From: Octopus vulgaris
Taxonomy: Eukaryota
Reading direction: 5' to 3'
DNA: 64,000 nt
Assembly: GCA_951406725.2 (NCBI GenBank)
Contig: OX597819.1
Coordinates: 108,128,001 to 108,192,000, forward strand
The notes under the pieces are model-generated. The model was given only the letters and a program-made list of their open reading frames with translations. It did not search any database and was not told the origin of the DNA. The first letter of the stretch is position 1. Each line of letters begins with the position of its first letter. The translations under genes and the position numbers were made by a program. Shown here one piece after another: positions 1 through 12,089 of this stretch.

Positions 1-1406
1 ACCTGACTTCTATTCTTCAGAAAGTCATGAAGCCATTCTCCCAATTTTCCAACTATGCCAAGATCACGCAGTTTGTGACATATCATTCCATGATCGACTT
101 TATCAAAGGCCTTTGCAAAGTCGAGATATATCACTTTCACATTTGAGTGGTTGAGCAGTTGTTTCAGCACCCAGTCATAGTGTTGTAGGAGCTGAGTTAA
201 ACAGCTTCTTCCTGGTTGGAAACCATGTTGGGTGTGAGGCAGCAAGTCATTCTCTTCAAGGAAGGCGATTAGTTTCCTTCTGACTATTCGTTCCATGACC
301 TTGCTGATGTGTGAGGTGAGAGAGATAGGTCTGTAGTTCTTGGCCTCTGCTCTGCTACCACCTTTATGAATAGGGCATATTTTACCTTCCTTCAGTTTTT
401 TTGGAAGTTTGCCAGCTGCAAGGAAGCTCTGAAAGAGGATCTGCTGTGGTCTTGCTAGGACTCTCTTACATACTTTTAGGAGGATTGCCGGGAATCCATC
501 GGGGCCAATAGCTGATTCTGTTTTCATTTCATCTATGGCCTTTGTTACATCGTCTTCCTTTATATCGATGTAATTTATCGTCGCCGCCTCTGATTTTATA
601 CCTGCAGTGGTAAAGAAGTCAGTTGGATTGGTGATTTGGAAATGCCCGAGGGGTGGAGTGAAAACACTCTTGAATTGCTCATTCAGTATTTCACTTACCC
701 TCATTGGTTTTCCTGTGAGTGTGCCATCCTTTTCAAGGAGTGGCCCTATCCTACAGTGCACCATAGCTGTTTCTTTGGCATACCTGTAGAAAGCTCTGGG
801 CTTAGATTTTATGTTGTCTATAGCCCAGGCTTCTTTGTCTGCTCTTTCCTTTTCATGGGAGAGTTGCAGACATTTTTCAATTTCCAACAGTTTTATTTTC
901 AGGCGGGACTTTTCACTGCTTTCAGTCTGTTTGTTTAGGCGATTTGAAATGTTTGTACGCCGTGTCATTAGGATTTTCCTCTCTCTGGGGATTTTGTTCT
1001 TGTGTACAGTGGCCTTTCTCTCTGGGACACATTTGTAGCATATGGCTTGCGTTACAGACATGAATTGTTGAAGTTTCACGTTGATGTCTGGCGAGGAGAG
1101 ACATTTAGGCCAGTTTTGTTTGAGGATCTCTTTCTCAATTTGTTTCCAGTTTGCCTTATGGTAGTTCAAGCTGGAAAGATTTTGAGGGTTTCTTGTAGGC
1201 TGCATGTCCGTGCTCTCTTTTGGCCCGTACATGGTCAGCTCTACCATGTTGTGATCCGAGAGTAGTGTCGGTGTCACTTTCACATTATGGATGAGATCCA
1301 TATTATTTGTGAAGCAGAGATCCAGTGTGTTACCTGCCCTGGTTGGTTGGAGTATTACTTGCTCCATGTACAGGGTGTTGATGAGGTTCAGGAGGGACCT
1401 CGCCTG
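1..1406 (-). mobile_element. 5'-truncated CR1/L2-type LINE ORF2 (end of APE endonuclease, linker, RT N-half); continues beyond the window start
   Basis: Manual translation of the minus strand gives an uninterrupted frame that the ORF track misses because it runs off the edge: QARSLLNLINTLYMEQVILQPTRAGNTLDLCFTNN...LSDHNMV...SAIGPDGFP...KNYRPISLTSHISKVMERIV...QHGFQPGRSCLTQLL...VIYLDFAKAFDKVDH...WLHDFLKNRSQ. Confidence 0.9.
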
Positions 1407-1439
1407 CCAATAACACAAGGGTTCAGGATGAGGTTCAGG

Positions 1440-1583
1440 AGGGACCTCCCTTTGCAAATAACAGAAGGGCACTGAGATAGTGTCTAAAGTCGTTCTGGTG
1501 ACGTTGATCGCCTGGGGCTAAAAGCATCAGTAACACCCCACCCCCAATGGCTAGCCACATTCAGATGGCGAGTACACCTTACA
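1440..1583. repeat. ~140-bp unidentified repeat unit, copy 1, followed by a composite (TA)/TCATT microsatellite
   Basis: Near-identical to 6061-6200 (gacctccctt...gggcactgagatagtgtctaaagt...gatggcgagtacaccttac). Confidence 0.85.
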
Positions 1584-1857
1584 TTATAATATATATCATT
1601 ATATATATATATATATATATATCATCATCATCATCATCATCGTTTAACGTCCGTTTTCCGCGCTAGCACGGGTTGGACGGTTTGACCGGGGTCTGGGAAG
1701 CCAGGGGCCACTCCAGGCTCCAGTCTGATTTGGCAGAGTTTCTACGGCTGGATGCCCTTCCTAACGCCAACCACTCCGTGAGTGGATTGGGTGCTTTTTA
1801 CGTGCCACCTGCACAGGGGCCGGGGGGTCCGGCATTGGTCGCGATCGGTTCGAGCTT

Positions 1858-3381
1858 TTAACGTGCCAGCGGCATGGGGGCAACTGGGTCCGGGGTACTT
1901 TGGGGATCCGGGGTACTTTGGGGATCTGGGGTACTTTGGGGATCCGGGGTACTTTGAATGGGTAGGGGGTATGTGGAATTGCTGCAGAAAGCAGCCCGGG
2001 TCTTTGCAGTCACAGCATATCTCCAGAGATCTCGGTCTTTCGCCATTGCCTCAGTGAGGCCCAATGCTCTGAGGTCATGCTTGACTACCTCATCCCATGT
2101 CTTCCTGGGTCTACCTCTCCCCCTGATACCTTCAACTGTTTGGGAGTGGCACTTCTTCACACATCTCTCTTCATCCATCCGCAGCACATGACCATACCAT
2201 CGCAAGCGTCGCTCTTGCACACCACATCTGATGCTTCTTATATCCAGCATTTCTCTTAGGATGCTTACACTCTGTCTTGCGTGCACACTGACACTACACA
2301 TCCAGCGGATAATGCTAGCTTCATTTCTTTCAAGTCTACGCATGTCCTCTGCAGTCACTGCCCATGTTTCATTACCGTGAAGCATGGCAGTTCGCACACA
2401 TGCATCATACAATCTACCTTTCGCTCTGAGGGAGAGACCTTTTGTTGCCACTAGGGGTAGGAGCTTTCTGAACTTTGCCCAGGCTATTCGTATTCTAGTG
2501 GTGATACTCTCTGTGCATCCACCTCCGCTACTAACTTGGTCACCCAGGTAGTGGAAACTATCAACTACTTCTAGTTTCTCTCCCTGGAGTGTGATGGAAT
2601 CTGTTTTCTGAGTGTCTGTTGTGTCTATTGTCCCTGTGCATCTGCCGCACATGAAAGCTATCTTATCTGTTAATTTCCCTTTAATGTTGCTGCATCTCTT
2701 ATGTGTCCATAACTTACATTGGGTGCATCTTATGGAGTTTCTACCTGTACCTTTCCTACAGATTGAGCAGGGCCACCTACCCGAGGGTGTGTGTGCTGAG
2801 TACCTCTTGCTGCTTACTAATACTTTGGTCTTTGCTACATTTATTCTAAGGCCTTTTGATTCCAACCCTTGCTTCCACACCCGAAATTTCTCTTCTAGTT
2901 CCGGTAGTGATTCTGCTATGAGAGCTAGGTCATCGGCATAGAGGAGCTCCCAGGGGCATCCCGTTTTGAATTCCTCTGTTATTGCCTGAAGGACTATGAT
3001 GAATAAAAGGGGACTGAGGGCTGAGCCCTGGTGCACACCTACTTCTACCCGGAATTCTTCACTATATTCGTTGCCAATCCTAACCTTGCTGACAGCCTCT
3101 CTGTATAGAGCCTGTACAGCCCTTATTAGCCATTCTTCAATCTCCAGTTTCCGCATCGACCACCAGATGAGGGAACGGGGAACCCTGTCAAAGGCTTTCT
3201 CCAAGTCTACAAAAGCTATGTAGAGGGGTTTATCTTTAGCTAGGTACTTCTCCTGCAGTTGTCGGACCAGGAATATAGCATCAGTGGTGCTTCTACCTGG
3301 TACAAAACCGAACTGCATTTCATCTAAACAAATTCTCTCCCTAATGAGATGGGTTATGACCTTCTCTGAGACCTTCATCAC
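1858..3381 (-). CDS. RTE ORF2 C-terminal part (RT core with inserted C4HC3 finger, thumb, C-terminal domain)
   Basis: 507-aa ORF with the YADD catalytic motif and the other RT motifs listed for the element. Confidence 0.9.
   Translation of the reverse strand: MMKVSEKVITHLIRERICLDEMQFGFVPGRSTTDAIFLVRQLQEKYLAKDKPLYIAFVDLEKAFDRVPRSLIWWSMRKLEIEEWLIRAVQALYREAVSKVRIGNEYSEEFRVEVGVHQGSALSPLLFIIVLQAITEEFKTGCPWELLYADDLALIAESLPELEEKFRVWKQGLESKGLRINVAKTKVLVSSKRYSAHTPSGRWPCSICRKGTGRNSIRCTQCKLWTHKRCSNIKGKLTDKIAFMCGRCTGTIDTTDTQKTDSITLQGEKLEVVDSFHYLGDQVSSGGGCTESITTRIRIAWAKFRKLLPLVATKGLSLRAKGRLYDACVRTAMLHGNETWAVTAEDMRRLERNEASIIRWMCSVSVHARQSVSILREMLDIRSIRCGVQERRLRWYGHVLRMDEERCVKKCHSQTVEGIRGRGRPRKTWDEVVKHDLRALGLTEAMAKDRDLWRYAVTAKTRAAFCSNSTYPLPIQSTPDPQSTPDPQSTPDPQSTPDPVAPMPLAR
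1886..1957. repeat. 18-bp tandem repeat x4 (GGGATCCGGGGTACTTTG) at the RTE ORF end
   Basis: Visible directly; translates as (QSTPDP)4 on the minus strand. Confidence 0.95.
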
Positions 3382-5048
3382 CTGTCCAACAGTTTGATAC
3401 CTCTGTAGTTATTTCTATCTAGAGCATCACCCTTACCCTTGTAGCAGTTGACTATGGTGCTGCTGCACCAGTCATTGGGTATGACTCCATTGTGAACTAC
3501 CTGGTTTACAATGCGGGTGACTATGGTATAGCCCACATAGCCAGCTGTTTTAAGCATCTCAGCAGTGATTCCTGATAGGCCAGGGGCTTTGCCTGGTTTC
3601 ATATCCTTAATTGCCTTATCTACAAGGGAGCTGTCTATTCGGGTAGCTGGTCCCTCTACTGGGTCAACATTTGGCAGGCTCTCCTCCTCCCATTCATTCT
3701 CCTCATTCAGCAGTCTTTCATAATGGCTTCTCCAAGCCTCTTTCTTTTCACTAGCAGTAAATGCAAGTGCCCCATCATCCATGCGGACACATTTCTCTCC
3801 TATAACATCACTATTTTCTCTGACACACTGTCTGGCAATCCGAAATACTTCAGCTCTTTGATCCTCGCGTCGCTGGACATTGGCAAACTTCTTCTTTTCT
3901 GCTACGTCTTTGGCTATGTATACCTGCCGCCCAGCCTCCCTTTTGGCTATCTGGTACAGTTCCCTGCTGCCCCCATCCTTCCAGGCTTTCCAGGCCCGTC
4001 TCTTTTTACAGATGGCTTTATCTACTGCACTATTCCACCACCACGTAATTCTAGGTCTGGAAGGGACTTTGCACCATCCACAGACTCGGTCTGTGGCACT
4101 CAGCAAGCTGTCCCGTAGGAATTCCCAGCTACCTTCTATGTCTGACGTCTGAAGCTCCTCCTCCCTCTCATCAAATTTCTTGATGAGTATGTCCCTAAAT
4201 TTCTGACCATGTGAAGGGTTCTTTAGCCTCCAAATCCTTCTTTTCTGGATTGGTTTGTTTCTTGGAGTCCTTCTGGCCTCAAGCTTAAAGTCACTGATGA
4301 TTAGTCTATGCTGAGGGATACATTCTTCACCCGGGAGGGTCTTTGTATTCAAGAGCAACCCTGCATCCCGCTGTCTGGTGAGGATGAAGTCTATTTGGCT
4401 AGCGGAGTCTCCTGACTGATAGGTTATAAGGTGGCAGACTGGCTTCTTGAAGTTAGTGTTGCAGATTGAAAGGTTACATGCATCACAGAATTCCAGCAGT
4501 CTAGTTCCCTCATCATTTCTGGTGCCAATACCATAGCCACCATGTACCCCAGTGAAGATACCCGATTCCCGCCCAACATGCCCATTAAAGTCTCCACCTA
4601 CAAAGATGAGGTCCTTGCTACTAGTCTTTGAAGTAGCCTGCAGAAGGTTATCATAAAAGTTGTCCTTCTGATCATTTGGTAGTCCCGCTTGTGGGGCATA
4701 GGCGGAGATAATCATAGCTGTGCCACTCTGTAGGACCAACCTGAGCTTAAGCACTCTATCGCAAACCCTGACAACCTCTATGACCTCATCCACCCATTTC
4801 TCCGCAAGGAGAATGCCTACACCCCCTACACCTTCCACGTTACCTTGCCAGAAGAGTTTGTACCTAAGTGCCTTGCCCGTGAGGACCCTAGCCGAAGCAC
4901 CTCTCCATCTTACCTCTTGTATGCAGCATACATCAACCTGTCTTCTCTCTAGCATCTCTACAATCTCACTAGACTTGCCTGTCAATGTACCAACATTGAT
5001 AGTGCCAACTCTGAAAACTGGGAAGGAGATGTGGGGGGAGGGGGGAAT
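3378..5048 (-). CDS. RTE ORF2 N-terminal part (APE endonuclease, linker, RT domain 0)
   Basis: ORF 3378..4985 extends in frame up to the TGA at 5049-5051. It ends at a -1 frameshift near 3385 (IKLLD|QVMKV expected). Confidence 0.85.
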   Translation of the reverse strand: MPPSPHISFPVFRVGTINVGTLTGKSSEIVEMLERRQVDVCCIQEVRWRGASARVLTGKALRYKLFWQGNVEGVGGVGILLAEKWVDEVIEVVRVCDRVLKLRLVLQSGTAMIISAYAPQAGLPNDQKDNFYDNLLQATSKTSSKDLIFVGGDFNGHVGRESGIFTGVHGGYGIGTRNDEGTRLLEFCDACNLSICNTNFKKPVCHLITYQSGDSASQIDFILTRQRDAGLLLNTKTLPGEECIPQHRLIISDFKLEARRTPRNKPIQKRRIWRLKNPSHGQKFRDILIKKFDEREEELQTSDIEGSWEFLRDSLLSATDRVCGWCKVPSRPRITWWWNSAVDKAICKKRRAWKAWKDGGSRELYQIAKREAGRQVYIAKDVAEKKKFANVQRREDQRAEVFRIARQCVRENSDVIGEKCVRMDDGALAFTASEKKEAWRSHYERLLNEENEWEEESLPNVDPVEGPATRIDSSLVDKAIKDMKPGKAPGLSGITAEMLKTAGYVGYTIVTRIVNQVVHNGVIPNDWCSSTIVNCYKGKGDALDRNNYRGIKLLDR

Positions 5049-5466
5049 TCAGCGCCTGAGAAGAGGAGGGTTGTTGTGGTGGTGATAGTTTTCGTAGCAT
5101 TTTTCTTTTGATCTCTCTTCCGACCTGTCCACACCATGGACAGGAGCTGGTGTTAGCAGTGGACATTCGTTATCGTCACTGAGTAACGTAATTAGGTAGC
5201 ATAGTAAGGAGGAAAAATACAGATATTCTAGAGTTGAGTTGGGGGGAGTCCAGCTGAGAAAGGTTTTACCAGTGAAAAGAGGGGGAGAGATAGTAGAGGG
5301 GGTGCGGTCAATATAGGGGAGCACCAGTGGGGAAGGTTGGGGTAAGGAGGAACGATGGCAGGAAGGGTTGGTGTAGGTTCGTAAGAAATAAAAAACGTAG
5401 GATATTACGGAGGGGACTGGAAGGAGATATTCGGATTGAGGCAGTGACAGGAGGAAGCGTAAGATC

Positions 5467-5508
5467 ATATATATATAATATATATCATTATATATATATA
5501 TAATATAT

Positions 5509-5557
<49 letters not shown>

Positions 5558-5639
5558 TCATTATATATATATATATATAACATATATCATTATATATAAT
5601 ATATATCATTATATCTATATATAATATATATCATTATAT

Positions 5640-5672
<33 letters not shown>

Positions 5673-5697
5673 ATATATATCATTATATATATATATA
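5467..5697. repeat. Composite (TA)n microsatellite with periodic TCATT
   Basis: Repeating atatatataatatatatcatt units; the same composite occurs at 1584-1620 and 6201-6312. Confidence 0.95.
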
Positions 5698-5698
5698 A

Positions 5699-6000
5699 CT
5701 AGCAGTATCGCCCGGCGTTGCTCGGGTTTGTAAGGGAAATAACTATATAAGCATTTTTAGAGAGTTACTTCCCTTATAAATTCAGGCTTTCTTAGCCATT
5801 TTTGTTTTGGTATCTTCAAGCCATGAAGTCGTTGTTCTAAAAGAACGCTGGTTTCCGTCACAACGCATTACGACGTTGATTTCTTTACACTCCCTTCCCC
5901 ACAGCTTCACGAGGGAGGGAAGGGGGAGAAGCAAACAGGTGCAGCTGTGAGCGTGGACGCCAACTCCGCCGCCATCGACCGGTGCTTACCATGCGTTGAC
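5699..6000 (-). mobile_element. Helitron-type non-autonomous element, 3' end (5' boundary uncertain)
   Basis: Minus strand ends in the hairpin cccgagcaacgccggg followed by CTAG|T, the same terminal architecture as 14755-15146. Confidence 0.6.
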
Positions 6001-6060
6001 GAGAGGCAATTACCTTGAAACTATAGTCCGTATGTAGTACCTAGGTCTTCGAGGGAGGAT

Positions 6061-6200
6061 GACCTCCCTTCGCAAATAACACGAGGGCACTGAGATAGTG
6101 TCTAAAGTCCTTCTGGTGACGTTGATCGCCTGGGGCTAAAAGCATCAGTAACACCCCACCCCAATGGCTAGCCACATTCAGATGGCGAGTACACCTTACG
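6061..6200. repeat. ~140-bp unidentified repeat unit, copy 2
   Basis: Direct repeat of 1440-1583. Confidence 0.85.
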
Positions 6201-6314
6201 TTATATATATATATAATATATATCATTATATATATATATAATATATATATATATATAATATATATCATTATATATATATATATATATAATATATCATTAT
6301 ATATATATATATAG

Positions 6315-6410
6315 ATTTGACTGGGCCTGATGAAGCCTTCTGGCTTCACAGACCCCAGTAGAACCGTCCAACCCATGCTAGCATGGAAAACGGACGCTAA
6401 ACGATGATGA
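6315..6410 (+). mobile_element. Short RTE 3'-end fragment; similar ones at 9247-9303, 9633-9780, 16180-16280 and 46035-46190
   Basis: accgtccaacccatgctagcatggaaaacggacgctaaacgatgatga matches the RTE 3' terminus at 1621-1680. Confidence 0.8.
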
Positions 6411-7949
6411 TATATATATATATATATATATATATAATAGATATCATTACGTAAATATTGAAAATATGGTAGTCTTATACTAAGAGTTATGCCCCTTGCA
6501 CTACACAGTTGAGAGATATCGAGATGATCAACTAACTAATCATGGATTCAGCCATCTAGTTGCCACGAATATCAGTATTTCTGAAGTACCGTTCATATAC
6601 ATTCACTCATATACACAGTGGGATGTCAGTTTACAAATAGTCTTACGAATATAAATTTCTTGGATGACAAATGCTGTCTCCAGTAATGAACACTGAAGCC
6701 AGCAACAAGTTGGGGATATCAGCCAAAGAGCATCAGATGATGTCTAGCTTTCGCTCAGTGCACACTTCTGCTCAAATTCGTTGTTACCTCTCTTGAATGT
6801 CCTATGGAAGAAATAATTTACAAACATTTCGGGTGATGAACGACCTTCAGGAAGGAATTAAATTTGTAAACCAAGGTTCCACTGTACATCTCTTCGTTTT
6901 AACATCCACTTTTCGATGCTTGCATGGGTTAGATGAAATTCATTCACAGAGTTTCTACCTTGTCATACATATCGAACAGTTCAACATTTAATATACCATT
7001 ACTCTGCCATTCCAGGCACTGCAAATCCTCCACATTCTATGACATGGTGTGAAGTAAGTATTTAAACCATTTAAAAAGGTGTCAAAATAAAAAATAAGAA
7101 GTAAAATTCTGAAGAAATTGTTTCCTTTTCCTCATTCTTTATTTTTATTTTCATTGTTCTTGTCTCAGAAATTTCTTGGTTGGCAGAGAAGGATTTGATT
7201 ATGTGATTTTTTTTGTTTTCTTTTCCTTTTAAGTGGGACAAAATAAGTTTTACCAGAAAAGATAAACCCTAAGAAAAGAGACCAGATTTTAGAAGACACA
7301 ACTTTTGTATTGAATATTGGTTTTCAAATAGACATATGGTCAAATAAGTTGGGCAAGGGGCATAGTTGATTATATTGACCTCACTGTATGACTGGTATTC
7401 TATTTTATTGCCCCCAGAAGGACTGAATGCAAAATTAAACTTGGGTAGATTCTGAGCTTAGATTGTAAAAAAGATGTAGCTAAATGCTGCAAGACTATAG
7501 TGATTCTACCAATTCAATGATTATATCTTTTATTATTAGTTACAAAAGCACAGATATCTAACACACACATGCACACATATATGTGCAAACACACATACAC
7601 AAATATATGTACATATTAGTAGTATATATTTATAATGTATAATAATTATATATAAGATATAGTTGTATGTATGAGTATAAAAGAGAAAGTGAGAGGGAAA
7701 CAGATGAGATAGAATAGTGACAACATTATGAAGTATACATATGTAAATCTATCTATATCTATGAATGTATTTATATACACACATATAGATATGTAGGCAC
7801 ATACAGTTAGATACATTATTGCAAACATACAACTAAACACACATAATTATACATAGGGGACTTCCCACAAGACAGACAACATGATTTGCTAAATTACTTT
7901 GTATGAAGAGGCAGCCTGCCATACTAATGAAACAACTACAACATTAATA

Positions 7950-8445
7950 ATGGTTTCAAATTTTAGCACAAGGCCATCAATATTGGAGGAAGGAGTAATT
8001 GATTACATTGACATCAGTGCTCAACTGGTACTTATTTTACCGACCCTGAAAGGATGAAAGGTAAAGCCATTGTTGGCAGCATTTGAACTCAGAACATCTA
8101 ACCAGAAGAAATATCACTGAGCATTTTATCTGGCATGCTAACAATCCTACCAGCTCACCACCTTATGCAGTGTGCAGAGATTTTGACTGGTAGCACTTGC
8201 ATGTGCAAGTTGTTTGCAAGACATCTAGTTTAAAATTTTGGCACAGGGTCAGCAGTCTTTGAGGGAAAGAGGAATTCGATTGCATCACCCCCAATACTTA
8301 ATTAGTACTTATTTTTATCGACCCCCAAAAGGATGAGAGGTAAAGCCAAACTTGATGATGTTTGAACTCAGGACATGAAGCCAGAAGAAATGCCACTAAG
8401 CATTTTGTTTAGTGTACTAATCATTCAGCCAGCTCACCACTTTAA
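7950..8445 (-). mobile_element. Two tandem diverged copies of tRNA-derived SINE family B
   Basis: Reverse complement of the 43339 copy: ggtgagctgg.ag head, gagttcaaat B-box, and the core ctttcatcc...ggtcg.taaa..aagtaccag. Confidence 0.75.
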
Positions 8446-9561
8446 CAACAACAACAATAATAAATTCATAACTTGATTAATCTGAACAATCAACTGTAAA
8501 TATAATATACAGAATGGAGGAGATGTAGTTAACACAGCTACTAATACAGACCAGAAGGGTTTACAGTCCACCCAGTTATTTTTAGGGTCTATATAGAGAT
8601 GCAGTCCTCCTATATATATATGGTTGCATGTTAAGATTCCTTCCACATAAATTTAAAAAATACAATAATGAGATATGGTCCAAAGAGACTATATATATTG
8701 TTACCATAAAAGGCTTGCTGTTGAGATAATAAATTGCTTTACTAATCATCAGCACTGATTTTGATATCCCACCATTGCTACACAACCTGAACAGACCATG
8801 CCATTAAGATTATACAATACAGCTTATCCCTCTTTACTGTATACATGCAATTAGTAAATATTGAACATATGGTTCATTCAACAATACTCATGTCTTCCTA
8901 CAACTTTCAAACAGGTAGGTAAAGCCATTCCAGAATCACAGGTTGGTCTATAGTCGAAGCAAGCTGTACCATTACACCATTGTTGCAGGAGTGAAGCTGT
9001 AACAGATCAGAACTTAGGTGTGTGTGTGTGTGTACAAATAAAATTTATGAATATGTATATACATACATGAAGACACACGCATGCAGCACTGGAAAATAGA
9101 TTTATGAACCTCAGTGAAGCTCAGAACAAAAAGAAGTCTGTTTTGAATAAATGAACAATTTCTACTACATGCATAGAGTATATTTTATTTTTCTATTTTT
9201 TACAAACACAAGAGGCAAGGTTGGAACTTTTGCTATATATATATATGTCCAACCCATGCTAGCATGGAAAATGGACATTAAACGATGATGATGATGATGA
9301 TGATATATATATATATATATATATATATGTAAGTATATAAACAAGTAGTATTACTAACTCATTAGTAACATTGGTTGGCATAGGGACACATTTTGGGCAA
9401 GGCTATTGTTGATTAAAGTGATACCAGTGATTGATTGGAAGGATGAAAGTCAAAGATCATTTCAGCAGAATTTGAAATCAGAATATAATTTCAGGAAAAA
9501 TTCTGCTAAGCATTTTGTCCAGCATGCTAACAATTCTGCCAACTTGCTGCCTTATTATTAT

Positions 9562-9600
<39 letters not shown>

Positions 9601-10290
9601 CGTTATCATCATCATCATCACCATCATCACCATTTAATGTCCTTACTCCATGCTGGCATGAGCTGGACAGTTCAAGAGGATCCAACAAATTAAAGGACTG
9701 CACTGCACTGTACCCTAATGTCTGATTTGGCATGATCTTTGTGGCTGGACGCCCTTCCTAACATCAAACATTTTACAGTGCATGAGTATCACCAAACAAC
9801 TATTGAGGTCACCAAACAACTTGCAACAATGAAGGGTCTAAAGGAGGAGAGAAAGAGCGAGAATGTGGTGATTTTAGGCAAAGTGATGAGAGAGAACAAA
9901 ATATGATAAAAGGAATAGGTTTATGGCTGTGAGCTGATGGTAATAGAGAGAGTAAAATAAGAAATGAAATAATAACAATAATAAAAATAATTATTATTTA
10001 ATATTATTTATTATATTCTGCAACAATATCTGACATAAACCTGCTATCTCACTCATGTCCTGACTGAGTGCCTCAGCTCATGTGAGTGAGACATGTACAA
10101 AATGATTTACTTTGTAAAGCTACATTTAAATATTCCATTGTTTGCTGCATGCAGTCAACATGAAACCCATGGTATGGAACAAATAAACATATTGCCACGT
10201 TTACCTAAACACATCATGTAAGTGTTTATATTTATTAAAGTACTTGTATATACATTAACACATACACATGCATATAAACATACACCCAAA

Positions 10291-10335
<45 letters not shown>

Positions 10336-10377
10336 TTACATACACGCACATATACACTCACACACACATATATATAT

Positions 10378-10445
<68 letters not shown>

Positions 10446-10753
10446 GTGTGTGTGTGTGTATGTGAGTGAGAAACAGAGAGAGTGAGGGATATTTGTGAAT
10501 ATTTATATTATGGCTTTCATCATCATCATCATCATCATCACCACCATCATCTTCACAACTATATAAATGTTATAACAAGATATAACAAAAACTTTTATTT
10601 TTCTGTTTGTTATTGTGATTATTATTATTATTATGATTACAACTATTCATATCATTATTATTATTATTATTGCCCTATTAAAGATAACACACCAAGCACC
10701 CATATAGTTGGTTTTTCCTTTTTTTTTTCTTTTGCTTTATACAGTCTGAACAC

Positions 10754-10793
<40 letters not shown>

Positions 10794-11481
10794 AAGCTGC
10801 AATCAAATTTTGAACAAACACGTGTTATATAGTTACACATATGAACTATGTTGCTTATATTTATATATGAGTGTACTTTTGGAAAGGTATGAATGTCACA
10901 ACATCATAAATCTCTTTTTTGTTTTCCCACTATAAATCTGAAGCCACCCACTTCTGTATAGAGGAAACTACCCCACCATATACACACAAGCACAAAATAT
11001 ACACGCACACAAACACACACACACACACAAACACACATGTACATATCGATATACATACATATACATATCTGTGTGGCAGCTTTCATCTCTTCAGTCACTC
11101 TCCTCATCCTCCTCCTCCTCCTGCCATTTATTGACCATCCCCTCATCACCATCTTTATTATGACTGCACAGGTATCATACACACATACACGTGCACATAC
11201 ACACACACATGCAGACATATGCCCAATCATTCAAGAGTGGTCTCAATGGGTCCAGGTCATGTGACCAGCATAAGAGGAGTCAGTGTTGGAGGAAAGGGAA
11301 TATTTATGGAGGAGTCGTAATAGTTTGAACGTTTGCATCTGTGTTTCATTATGCACTTGCATTTGTGTGTGCTTAACAAACAGTTTCTCTTTGCTGCCTA
11401 AATGCTTCATATTTACAACAACAACAAGAACAACAACAACAATATTAGATAACTGACATTGTCACAAGGCCACAAATTTGC

Positions 11482-11524
<43 letters not shown>

Positions 11525-11755
11525 TATATGTTAATTAATCGAATTGACTTGACTCACACCCCACCCCAATAACTGGTTTGTCACTTAGTTTATGGATTCT
11601 CCACCCCTACCCCACCCTGGGTAAACAAAAAAAAAAAAAAGTTGGCCCCAGTAAGATTTGAACACAGAATGTAAAGGGAAACATAACTGAATGCTAATTA
11701 AGCATTTTTTTTCTGACACTCTATCTTCAATTCTTTCCATAACTGAATGAGGATG

Positions 11756-11796
<41 letters not shown>

Positions 11797-11819
11797 GATA
11801 TTAATGATGATGATGATAG

Positions 11820-12050
11820 TGGTTTCAAATTTTGGCACAAAGCCAGCAACTTTGAGTGGAGGTGGGTGTTAGTTGATACCATCAACGCCAATACTTGAGT
11901 GGTACTCTATTTTATAGACCCCAGAAGGATGAAAGGCAAAGTTGACCCCAGCGGAATTTGAAGTCAAAATGTAATGAGTTGGAAGAAATACCATTAGGCA
12001 TTTTCGTCCAACACAATAATGATTCGGAAAAATTCATCACTGCTGAGGTC
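11820..12050 (-). mobile_element. SINE family B copy, probably within the TMEM132 3' UTR or downstream region
   Basis: gaccccagaaggatgaaaggcaaagttgacc...gaatttgaa core on the plus strand. Confidence 0.75.

Positions 12051-12089
<39 letters not shown>

Larger units (their letters stand above)
1621..5466 (-). mobile_element. Near full-length RTE-clade LINE with (GAT)n tail
   Basis: APE domain (RVGTINVGTLTGK, CCIQEVRW, SAYAPQ, GGDFNGHVG, SQIDFIL, PQHRL) and RT (QFGFVPGRSTTDA, FVDLEKAFDRV, GVHQGSALSP, LLYADD, FHYLG), with RTE-typical C-terminus RLRWYGHV and RGRGRPRKTW. The 3' end is ...ccgtccaacccgtgctagcgcggaaaacggacgttaaacgat(gat)n. Both flanks are (TA)-rich microsatellite. Confidence 0.95.
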
